Assembly: GCA_031415375.1 (NCBI GenBank)
Contig: JANORP010000378.1
Coordinates: forward strand, 48,936 to 112,935
Reading direction: 5' to 3'
From: Bacteroidota bacterium
GTDB taxonomy: Bacteria; Bacteroidota; Bacteroidia; J057; JADKCL01
DNA: 64,000 bases
Positions 38,081 to 46,700 of the stretch are shown one piece after another (position 1 is the first letter of the stretch; each line of letters starts with the position of its first letter). A program made the position numbers and the translations under genes. The notes below the pieces were generated by a model that saw only the letters and a program-made list of their open reading frames with translations, was not told where the DNA came from and searched no databases.

Positions 38081-38254
38081 TCAGAGGCCCAAGTCCTCCA
38101 AGACGACCTTGCAGATGCGCGCGTGCCGCTCGGGGAGGTAGGCTACGGTCATTTGGAAGCCAGGAGCAGTCATCTCTTGGGCGATGGAGAGACGGGTCTT
38201 TTTGTAAATTTCTTGCTTTTTAGAGAAGTCGTGGTTTTTGGCGGCTGAGTTCAT
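38081..38254 (-). CDS. Possible small protein (57 aa), below the ORF-track length cut-off
   Basis: Translated by hand: ATG 38254..38252 through TGA 38083..38081 gives MNSAAKNHDFSKKQEIYKKTRLSIAQEMTAPGFQMTVAYLPERHARICKVVLEDLGL. This is more protein-like than the antisense 63-aa track ORF 38057..38248. Confidence 0.35.
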   Translation of the reverse strand: MNSAAKNHDFSKKQEIYKKTRLSIAQEMTAPGFQMTVAYLPERHARICKVVLEDLGL

Positions 38255-38277
38255 GGAAGGTGGACGACAAGATATAC

Positions 38278-38690
38278 ATTATGCAGATAATCAGGAGATT
38301 GTAAAATTTGCAAAACAATCGTTGCAAGGGGATCGTGTTGCCGCTGGATTGGAGGTGTCCTACGCTCTAGATCCCTTCCCGCAAATTGTGCGGGACGCTT
38401 CGTTCGGGATGATTTAGGAGCTTGGTCATTCGATCAGAAGGTCCTGATTGTCGAGATGGTCACTACCAATGACAAGTGATGTATTATCCAGATAATCAGC
38501 AAGTTGAAAAAATGAATAAATTCGTTGTGAAGGGATCGTGTTGCTGCTGGGCAGGGAGTGTATCTGTGCTCAAGATCCCTCGGCTACGCTCTGGATGACC
38601 AAGTGGGTTTGTCATTCGATCAAAAGGCAAATCCCATTTGTGTCCACTCGGGGTGACAAAGGGGTTACTGTTTGAGAAACGAATAGTCAT
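38278..38690. repeat. Two tandem ~205-bp degenerate non-coding repeats
   Basis: Both units begin ATTAT[G/C]CAGATAATCAG. They share TCGTTG..A.GGGATCGTGTTGC.GCTGG, a GATCCC...GGATGA hairpin and GTCATTCGATCA.AAG. Identity is roughly 70% by eye. Confidence 0.7.
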
Positions 38691-38725
38691 AATGGAACAT
38701 CGCAAAGCATCGCTAGCACCTTCAT

Positions 38726-38881
38726 CTACTCCCGCTTCCCCACCACCTCAAAAGCCTTCTGCAGCCTTTCCCCCTCGTCATCGACGAGTGTGATCGTGTG
38801 CATCCCTACTGAGGGGTTGAGCGCCATTTGGTGAAAGGTCTCGGTCGTGCCGATGAAGGCGCGGTCGAGGTGCCAGTGGAT
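38726..38881 (-). pseudogene. Orphan duplicate of the pbpC 3' end (last 51 codons plus stop)
   Basis: It encodes IHWHLDRAFIGTTETFHQMALNPSVGMHTITLVDDEGERLQKAFEVVGKRE*. This matches the C-terminus of the intact pbpC at 41129..41284 except for A versus G at one position. No PBP body lies upstream of it. Confidence 0.85.
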
Positions 38882-38966
38882 GGGTGCGGCTGTGTGGAGA
38901 AGAATAGATGATTCGATGGAGCTGATCTTCTCCCAATTGCTTATCTTTGTAGAAATTGCGATTAGA

Positions 38967-39254
38967 ATGACTGAATTGCCAAATACTTTTGCTGAATTCT
39001 TTGCTGGGATAGGTTTGGTAAGGATGGGTCTTGAAAGGAACGGCTGGAAAATCCAATTTGCCAACGATATCGATCCTTCCAAACGTCGACAATACGAATT
39101 TCACTACAAAGATTCGCATTCCCACTTCCATTTGGGTGATATTCACGAATTGAATGCAGATTCAATACCCCCTGTAACTCTAGCTACGGCCTCGTTTCCG
39201 TGTACTGACCTTTCGTTGGCTGGAAAACGAGTTGGCTTAGGTGGTTCGAAGTGA
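38967..39254 (+). pseudogene. Truncated DNA (cytosine-5) methyltransferase, N-terminal ~95 aa only
   Basis: 'FAEFFAGIGL' is motif I (FxGxG) and 'SFPCTDLSLAG' is motif IV (PCxxxS). The ORF stops 12 codons later at 'GKRVGLGGSK*'. Motifs VI, VIII and X are absent. Confidence 0.75.
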
Positions 39255-39272
39255 ATTTTATGATTTCCAAGT

Positions 39273-40022
39273 TCAGAATCTAGCAGAATAGCTTATTTGT
39301 ATCGTTTCGACCTTTGTGAACTTAATCCTACTCCTTGCCGGATCGAAGAGAAAATCATGCCTTGGGGTTTGGTTGAAGTTCGAAACAATAAACAAGCAAT
39401 ACCGCGACGCTAGCAATTCGGCCACTTTAAATTCCTTTTCAGTCATTGAAATTGAACCTGAAACATCTGCTAAACCTTTTACCTCGACTCCCAGATGTTC
39501 CTTATTTTTCGTGAGGTAGAAGTCAAAGCCACAGCCAATCTGTGTCATGTCCTCAAGAACAAAACCTTGAAAAACGGGAAGGCTCGAATGATTCGTCTTG
39601 AAATACTCCTCGGCTGCCCGTCCTGTGATCAACCTTTTTGCAACCGATGTATCATTCGAGGGAATGTCGAATTTCTCCAGCAATATTCTAGCAGTAACAT
39701 CGGGCACCACTAAGCTCTGAATCAGTTGGCTTAGCGAATTCAAACTCCAATTAGAATATTCGGTCATGTAACGCGTGCAATATTCCCGAGGAGTTGCCCG
39801 TTTCCTGCCTACCCTATCGTTCGCGAAAAATGGGTCAAATTCATCACGATAGCTCTTGATCGAAAGAGGGCGAATACCAATCGCAAGGCCAAGCGTATTG
39901 TACGCTTGAATGAAGCCATCAAAACCCAGAGCGTCGAGCCCTGATTTGCTAAATCTCGAAAGGAAGTAACCAACTATGATTGCTTTTGAACGTAATTCCT
40001 GATTGATCGGTTTATGTCCCAT
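39273..40022 (-). CDS. DUF3883-like restriction-endonuclease-fold protein
   Basis: The C-terminal segment 'GRAAEEYF...GCGFDFYLT...HLGVEVKGL...ISMTEKEFKVAELLASRYCLFIV' follows the D...EVK PD-(D/E)xK pattern typical of DUF3883. ATG 40022 is preferred over TTG 40121. Confidence 0.6.
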   Translation of the reverse strand: MGHKPINQELRSKAIIVGYFLSRFSKSGLDALGFDGFIQAYNTLGLAIGIRPLSIKSYRDEFDPFFANDRVGRKRATPREYCTRYMTEYSNWSLNSLSQLIQSLVVPDVTARILLEKFDIPSNDTSVAKRLITGRAAEEYFKTNHSSLPVFQGFVLEDMTQIGCGFDFYLTKNKEHLGVEVKGLADVSGSISMTEKEFKVAELLASRYCLFIVSNFNQTPRHDFLFDPARSRIKFTKVETIQISYSARF

Positions 40023-40127
40023 AGGTATCCAGAAAATATGCGAATTCTCATTGCTGCAAATTAGACCGCTTTGTGCTATCTTGCAATAGCCATTGGGTGC
40101 CTTGCCAGTTGTCAAATTCAAAACTTG

Positions 40128-41114
40128 ATGCAGATAAAGATGGGTATGAATAGTGTTGATCCTAGACAGCTTTTTGAAACTTGGTTTTCCAACCTCCGAA
40201 AGGTAGGGTCTGACAGGTGGCCGACAAGGGGAACGATCTCAACTACTTTGGTGGTGCTAGATCGTCTCATTGAAGACTTCGATCTTAATTTTCACTCTCA
40301 CATTTGTAGAGGCGGAGTACAAATGAAAGGCGTTTCGCATAAAAAGGTTGTTTCTATCTTGAAAAGATGTGGGTCGAATAAATTCGTCGCAAGCGAAGGA
40401 GGACGAACAAATAGAAGCGGGCAGGGAGATTTGCGCCCACTTTTTGATGCATGGCAGGCGGTAGATTGGACCCTCATTTCAGAATCTGAACGAAATAGTC
40501 TCCTGAGGGAGCTGCAAAGTTTTCTCGTCGCTCGAATCGGGGACTTCCACAATCGCCAAAGGATAAAATTAGTTTTTACATTACAGACCCCAACAAGATC
40601 AATTATTAGGAATTTGGTAGAAGTAGCATCTATTTCTGGAAAATCGGGTGCCGTTGCCCAGCATCTGGTGGGTGCGAAATTGCAATTGCGCTTTCCAACC
40701 GAATCGATTTCCAATGAAGGAACCACCTCAGCAGACCTTCAAACCAAACGCCATCGAGATTTTCAGGTCGGGGAGACCGTCTTTCATGTCACAATGGCAC
40801 CGCAGTCTGCAGTATTCTTAAAATGCAATGAGAATCTCAAAGAAGGGTTATTGGTGTATCTCATTGTGCCACAGGACAAGCTTGAAGCAGCACGCGCATA
40901 CGCGATGGAATTTTGTAAGGGTCAAGTTGCCGTTGAAGCACTAGAATCATTCGTCGCCCAGAATTTGGATGAAATAGGAGCATTCCGTGTAAAGGGCTTT
41001 TTGAATAGTCTTGGTGAATTAATCCAATTGTACAATTACAGAGTGGCTGAAGTTGAACTCGACAAATCTATCATGATTGACTTACCAGAATCCATGAGGG
41101 ACAACAGGTACTAG
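40128..41114 (+). CDS. Hypothetical protein, possibly a DUF4928-like putative restriction-enzyme component
   Basis: An intact ~328-aa ORF, divergent from the DUF3883-like gene across a 105-bp spacer. The segment 'GAVAQHLVGAKLQLRF...DFQVGETVFHVT' recalls the DUF4928 proteins often found beside dcm genes. This is recollection only. Confidence 0.45.
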   Translation: MQIKMGMNSVDPRQLFETWFSNLRKVGSDRWPTRGTISTTLVVLDRLIEDFDLNFHSHICRGGVQMKGVSHKKVVSILKRCGSNKFVASEGGRTNRSGQGDLRPLFDAWQAVDWTLISESERNSLLRELQSFLVARIGDFHNRQRIKLVFTLQTPTRSIIRNLVEVASISGKSGAVAQHLVGAKLQLRFPTESISNEGTTSADLQTKRHRDFQVGETVFHVTMAPQSAVFLKCNENLKEGLLVYLIVPQDKLEAARAYAMEFCKGQVAVEALESFVAQNLDEIGAFRVKGFLNSLGELIQLYNYRVAEVELDKSIMIDLPESMRDNRY

Positions 41115-41128
41115 TAAATTGCAATCCC

Positions 41129-43582
41129 TCACTCCCGCTTCCCCACCACCTCAAACCCCTTCTGCAGCCGTTCCCCCTCGTCATCGACGAGTGTGATCGT
41201 GTGCATCCCTACCGAGGGGTTCAGCGCCATTTGGTGAAAGGTCTCCGTGGTGCCGATAAATGCGCGGTCCAGGTGCCAGTGGATTTTGCTGCTTTGCCTG
41301 CGGTGCGCGGCTTCAAAGACCACGCTGCTCACGTTGCCGCTGAGGTCGATGGGCACATAGACCTTGCTGCTTGTGCGGGGATAGACAAATTCCATGTTGG
41401 TGCTGTTGGCTTCGGCCTCGGCGGCTTCTTTGCAGTCGGCGCGCCAGGGGGGCAGGGGCAGGTAGTCGGCGTGCTTGCGGCGGTACCACTCCTCCTCGCT
41501 CGGCGCGAGGATAAACCATGGCTTGTGGACCATGTTGCCGGGGGATTCGCAGTCGCTGTGCACGCGAAATTGCCCCGTCGGGTCCAGGTGGATCATCTTG
41601 TGGTAGGGGCAAGGCTCAGTGTTCACGCCGCGTGCTGGCACGCGCATGAGCATGAGCTCGTCACACGTTTCGCTGGCGCGGTGGCCGCTTTGCTTGCAGA
41701 CGGTAATCTCCTCCTCGTCGTCAAAGGGTTCGTCAAACCAGACATTGGGGGTGTGGATCATGTTGAAGAGGTCGAAGAGAATGGGTGCAGCGGCGTAGAG
41801 GCCGATGAGGCCGGGGCGACCCTCGCCATCAGCATTGCCGGCCCAGACGGCGACGACGTGCGTGGGCGTGACGCCGACGGCCCAGGCGTCGCGGTAGCCG
41901 TAGCTCGTGCCCGTCTTCCAAGCCACCCGCCGCGAACTGCTGAAATTCATCCATTCGCTCTCGCCCTCAGGGCGGGCGAGTTCGAGCAGGGCATCGAGGG
42001 TTTTGTAGCAAGCCGCCGCGCCCAGGGGCGACTCGTCGGTGAGGACGGGTTTGTAATTTTGCTGCTGGGTGATGGAATGGGCCATGACGTAGTTGGGCGC
42101 ATGAAAGCCGCCTTGGACATAGTGGCCGTTGAAACGATGGTAATCATTCACAGTGCGGGCCATGCTGGCATACATGCCGGCAAGGTCCCAAAGTGTGGCC
42201 TCGGCCCCGCCGAGGATCAGCGAAAGGCCATAGTCATCGGCTGAGCGGTCGAGCGTGGTCATGCCCAGGGATTGCAAGCGCAGCAGGAATTTCTGATGCC
42301 CATAGTCGCTCAGCATCCTGATCGCGGGGATGTTCAGCGAACGTGCAAGCGCCATCTTGGCGGGCACGGCGCCGTCAAAGGTGCGGTTGTAATTTTGCGG
42401 ATTGTAGGCACCGTAATAGGTAGGAATGTCGGGCACGAGGGTATTGGGGAGCAGCTCGCCGTCGTCGAGCATGGAAGCATAGAGAAAAGGCTTCAAAATG
42501 CTGCCTGTGCTGCGCCTTGCACGGATCACATCGACCTCATGCCCGCTCGTGCTGTCGCTCGGGCGCGTATTGCCCACGTAGGCGACCACATCGCCCGACT
42601 CGACCTCAATCACGATGGCGGCGGCATTGTGGACACTGTTTTCCAAAAGGCGGCGTTGGTGCGCTTGCAGGATGTGGCTCGCGCGCTCCTGCATGTGCAT
42701 GTCGAGGGTGCTGCGCATGCGCTGCCCGCTGCCGGCCTCCGCAAGGCTGCGGTCGAGCAGGTGGGGTGCAAAGTCTGGCAATGGATGTGGCCGATCGGGG
42801 AGAGGCTCCTCCATGGCGAGCAGACAGGTCACAGAGTCGATCATGGCATCTTCCCACATGCGCTTGAGCAGGCGGTCACGCTTGGCTTTGAGAGCGCTGC
42901 GGTTGCGACCGGGATGGATGAGTGCAGGTGCATTGGGCAAGACAGCCAGAGTGGCACTTTCGGCCCAGCTCAGCTTGTCGGGGCCGCGCCCAAAGTAGCG
43001 CCATGCCGCTGCGTCGAGGCCCACGACATTGCCCCCAAAAGGTGCATTGCTGGCATACATCGCAAGGATTTCCTGTTTGGAATAGCGCATTTCTACGCGC
43101 AGGGCCATCACGGCCTCGACGGCCTTTTGCCAGAGGCTGCGGCGCTGACCTTTGCGGCTCATGCGCAGCACCTGCATGGTGAGGGTTGAGCCGCCGCTCA
43201 CGAGGCGTCCGTTGGTGACATTCTGCCACATGGCCCGCCCGAGGGATGGGAGATCGACGCCGGGGTGGATGTAAAAGCGTCGATCCTCAAAGGTGGTAAT
43301 ACACTTGGCAAATTTCTCGGGGACGGTGTCGGATGCTGGAAAGCGCCATTGGCCATCGTCGGCGATGCGGGCGCCGAGCAGGTTGCCTGCGCGGTCTTCC
43401 AAGACCATGGAGAGCGGGTCATGGAAGAGCTGCTTGGGGATCAGGAAATAATGCCACCAAATCCCGAAGGTCACCAGCCACAGCAGGATCTTCCAGCGCG
43501 GCTTGAACAGCCATCGCCGCAAGGTGCCGAGGGCCGAGCGTCCTTTTTGGAGCATGCTTTTCAATGATTGGAAGAGGCGCAC
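41129..43582 (-). CDS. pbpC: Penicillin-binding protein 1C (bifunctional transglycosylase/transpeptidase)
   Basis: GT51 motifs are 'EDRRFYIHPGVD' and 'GGSTLTMQ'. Transpeptidase motifs are 'STGSILKP' (SxxK), 'SLN' and 'KTGTS'. The PBP1C-specific C-terminal domain is present. The gene sits downstream of an alpha-2-macroglobulin gene. The start is GTG 43582 or ATG 43555. Confidence 0.9.
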   Translation of the reverse strand: MRLFQSLKSMLQKGRSALGTLRRWLFKPRWKILLWLVTFGIWWHYFLIPKQLFHDPLSMVLEDRAGNLLGARIADDGQWRFPASDTVPEKFAKCITTFEDRRFYIHPGVDLPSLGRAMWQNVTNGRLVSGGSTLTMQVLRMSRKGQRRSLWQKAVEAVMALRVEMRYSKQEILAMYASNAPFGGNVVGLDAAAWRYFGRGPDKLSWAESATLAVLPNAPALIHPGRNRSALKAKRDRLLKRMWEDAMIDSVTCLLAMEEPLPDRPHPLPDFAPHLLDRSLAEAGSGQRMRSTLDMHMQERASHILQAHQRRLLENSVHNAAAIVIEVESGDVVAYVGNTRPSDSTSGHEVDVIRARRSTGSILKPFLYASMLDDGELLPNTLVPDIPTYYGAYNPQNYNRTFDGAVPAKMALARSLNIPAIRMLSDYGHQKFLLRLQSLGMTTLDRSADDYGLSLILGGAEATLWDLAGMYASMARTVNDYHRFNGHYVQGGFHAPNYVMAHSITQQQNYKPVLTDESPLGAAACYKTLDALLELARPEGESEWMNFSSSRRVAWKTGTSYGYRDAWAVGVTPTHVVAVWAGNADGEGRPGLIGLYAAAPILFDLFNMIHTPNVWFDEPFDDEEEITVCKQSGHRASETCDELMLMRVPARGVNTEPCPYHKMIHLDPTGQFRVHSDCESPGNMVHKPWFILAPSEEEWYRRKHADYLPLPPWRADCKEAAEAEANSTNMEFVYPRTSSKVYVPIDLSGNVSSVVFEAAHRRQSSKIHWHLDRAFIGTTETFHQMALNPSVGMHTITLVDDEGERLQKGFEVVGKRE

Positions 43583-43724
43583 GGTAAATGGAATGCTTGC
43601 CGATGAATCGAACTTAAAATGAAATACAATTGGCCTGGAGGCTATACCCTTTGCGGGTCTCTGCGTTCTTTGCGGTTAAATTCCTTGGAATCAAACCGCA
43701 AAGGGGCGCTAATCAGGAAATGGA

Positions 43725-46700
43725 TTACGAGTTCTCTGGCGTGACGACAGTCACCCATTTACCGGGGATTCTTGCGGAGATGGAATTGTCATACATCGCT
43801 TCTACATACACCGTTGGCAGGTAAAACTTACCGAGGTAACTGGCATTCAACAAAATCCGGAAGGTCTTCTCATTTTCCTCGCTCTTGCGGGTGGGGTAGG
43901 CCCAAGGATACCGCGCTTTTTGCCCTGGTGAACCCAAGTCAAAGTAGGTAAAGACCCTGTCGTCGCGGATGTCTTGGTAGTCGGGCTGCGCAATGGCCTT
44001 TTCGAAACCCGTGCCATCCATGCGTGTATTGTGAATTTCCCAACCCGAGGGGAAGATCTGCGTGAGCGCCAATTCGTCGAGGTCGCCCTTGGTGCCGGGA
44101 TTCTTCATGGTAATCTCGGCTACAAAGTCAGTCCCCTGCTCCAGCGTCGTGGGGTCGAGCGGCGCACCTTGCATGTCAAAATAATTGACGGCCAGGCTCA
44201 CATGATTTTGGCTGGCATCTTGGTCGCCCTTGGCGGGGATGCCCTCGGCGATCACCCTTGCAAAGAGGATGCCCGTGCCTTTGTTTTTGAGCTCGATGCT
44301 GCTTTGGGTACCATGGCCGATGGCGAGATCGATCTGCGCAATGGGCTTGGCACTGCTCCCATCCACCCAGTTGCCGCCGTTGATGCGGTAGGCATATTCC
44401 ATCTTGCTGTTTTGGCCTTGGCTCAGGCCAGCATATTTGGCCATCGCGATGAGGCAGTAGCCGGTGGTCTGCGTGCTCATCCACTCGTCTTTGGAGAGGG
44501 CAGTGGAGACCTTTTTGCTCAGTTCGGCCCCGCGCACCCGATTGCCGATGATGCCGATGCATTCCAAAATGATGGCTTGGTCGCGGATGTCGTTGCCGTA
44601 GGTGAAGCATTGCTCTTGGTATTTGGGCACCGCGATCGCCAAGTCCTTGCTCAGGCGCACAGCCGTCTCGGGCTGCCCTGCAAGCTTGTAGGCAGCAGCC
44701 AAGCGCCACTGCGCGACATTGTCGAGGCCGGGGGTTTCCCGCAAGCGGTTCATCGCGCCCAGCTCTGGCGAGCCCGCCAAGGCCAGCAGGTACAAGCGGT
44801 CACCTTGGATCAATTGCCCTGCGCGGGCAGTGGCCGACCAATTTTTGGCCGCTTTTTTCTGAAAGGCTATCCACTTCGTGAGAAAGGTCTGCGAGACGCG
44901 GTAGCCCTTGTTTTTGGCTTCCACGATGAAATTTCCCGCGTAGTTGGTTCCCCATTCATCGACCTCACCCGTGCCCGGCCAGTAGGAAAGCCCGCCGCTC
45001 GCCTGCTGGAAGGTCTCCAGGCGATCCAGTCCCGCTCGGATGTTTTTGTCGATTTGCTGCTGCATGCCAGCGGGCATGTCGATCAAGTTGGAGACATAGA
45101 GCTGCGGAAAGACCGAGGATGTGGTCTGCTCCACGCAGCCATGTGGGTATTCCAGCAGATATTTCAGGCGCTTGCCGAGGTTGATCGGCGGAATCGTGCT
45201 GAGCTCCAAAGTGCCTTTGTTGGTGCCGACCATGCCGGGATAGGCCACGCTTTGGGTCCAGGCTTGATTGGCATCGACGGCTTTTTCGGTCACGTTCACG
45301 ACCTTGGGATTGGGGTTGCGCACATCGATGTCGATGTGGTAGATGGCCACCTCGCTGCCGCTACGCGCGGTCACCTTGACCGTGCCCTTGCCGATGCGCT
45401 CCTTGACCGCGAGCTCAAAACTCACGAGTTCATCGCCAGGTCGGGCAAAGCTGAGCGATTTGGTCTTGGGGCCGTTGATGGTGAAGATGTCGCTGGCATC
45501 GAGGGTCACATTCACATCCTTCACATGATTTTCCATTGCAAACACCGTCACAGGCAGACGCAGCTCCTCGCCTGGACCGAGCACGCGGGGCAGTGTGCCC
45601 AATACCATGAGGGGTTTGCGCACCCTGCTCGATTTTTCAGATGAGCCGTATGCTGAGCCGTTGCGGGCCACGACCATCGTGCGCACGGCACCGACATAGT
45701 TGGGCATCATGAAGCTGTGCTTTTTGGTTTCGCCGGGCTTGAGGCTGAATGGCCCCATGAATTTCACCACAGGCCGAAAGCGGTTTTGCTTGCTGCCCTC
45801 CTTGGGGGCCATGCCGTCGTCACCACCGATGCCGAGCAATTTTGTGAGGTCGGCACCATAGGCGCCGATGACCTTGTCATACAAGTCCCAGGTCTTGACG
45901 TCGAGCGCCTCGCGGGCATAGAAGCTGGCCCAGGGATTGGGGGTCTCAAAACGCGTGAGATCCAGTAGGCCCTCATCGACCACAGCGACGGTATAGGTCA
46001 TTGCCTGCCCAGTCGCTTCACTCACGCCTACATCGACGCGCTCCATGGGCGCGAGCACGTCGCCCACAATTATTTTGGGCTTCAATTCCGTCTTGGGGTC
46101 GGTGATCTCGATCGGGATCACGCCATACATACGCATGGGCAAGTCATTCACGGTTTGGGCATGGGGTTGGATGAGGCTCACGTGGGCGTAAATGTTGGGG
46201 GCCATCTCGGCGGTAGCCGGGAAGGTATAGGAGGCGGCATCCAAGCCATTGCTCTCGACCCAGTGGGTGCTGATGACCTTAGCACCCGATTCGAGGCTCA
46301 CGAGTGCACGGCCGGCCTTGCCGGTAGGTATGGTCAGGGTTACATTCTCCCCGACCTTGTAGTTTTCCTTGTCGGCGCTGAATGTGAGCATCGTCGCGCC
46401 GCCAGGGTTGTCCTTCTGGGATCGCCCAGCCCAACCTGGCCAGTCGATATAGACGACTTGCCCCGTGCAGTGGCCACCCTCGTCACAGGCGCGCACCATG
46501 TAGCGGCCCCATGCGGGATACTTGACATTGAATTTCCAAGTGCCCTCGCCGTTGCGCACGCTGATCGTGTCTTTGCTCACCTGCTCTTGGTAAAATTTCT
46601 CGTTGTAGGTCGTCTCGCTATTGGCGGTTTGGTCCCACCACCATTTCCAATCGAGCTTGTACAAAGTCATCTCGACCTTGCGTTCGCCCTTGGGATTGCC

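Larger units (their letters stand above)
38882..41128. other. AT-richer 2.25-kb insert between the two pbpC-tail copies (genomic islet; no integrase seen)
   Basis: The insert is bounded by the 156-bp imperfect direct repeats. Spot GC counts are 26/60 at 39301-39360 and 18/60 at 40561-40620, against 35/60 at 42001-42060 within pbpC. Confidence 0.7.

Noticed and set aside
38057-38248. 63-aa plus-strand track ORF
   Set aside because: It begins with a non-ATG start and has a low-complexity sequence. The opposite-strand 57-codon ATG ORF looks more protein-like. Neither ORF is certain.
38278-38690. Possible CRISPR array
   Set aside because: There are only two units of ~205 bp at ~70% identity. 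There is no short-repeat/unique-spacer organisation and no cas genes in the window.
38496-38705. 69-aa minus-strand ORF
   Set aside because: It lies inside the tandem non-coding repeat and contains the 'HPERSRGI' read-through signature of a hairpin repeat.
38726-39082. 118-aa ORF taken at face value as an intact gene
   Set aside because: It is a chimera. Only the last 51 codons are pbpC-derived. The upstream 66 codons run through unrelated island sequence antisense to the methylase stub. It was called an orphan pseudogene fragment instead.
40023-40127. Track-extended starts of the two island genes (TTG 40121 on the minus strand, 40071 on the plus strand), which would make them overlap
   Set aside because: Both extensions use non-ATG starts and encode odd N-termini. 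Internal ATGs at 40022 and 40128 give a clean 105-bp divergent intergenic region.
41201-43189. 347-aa and 305-aa plus-strand ORFs
   Set aside because: Both are antisense to pbpC, whose GT51 and transpeptidase motifs unambiguously fix the coding strand.
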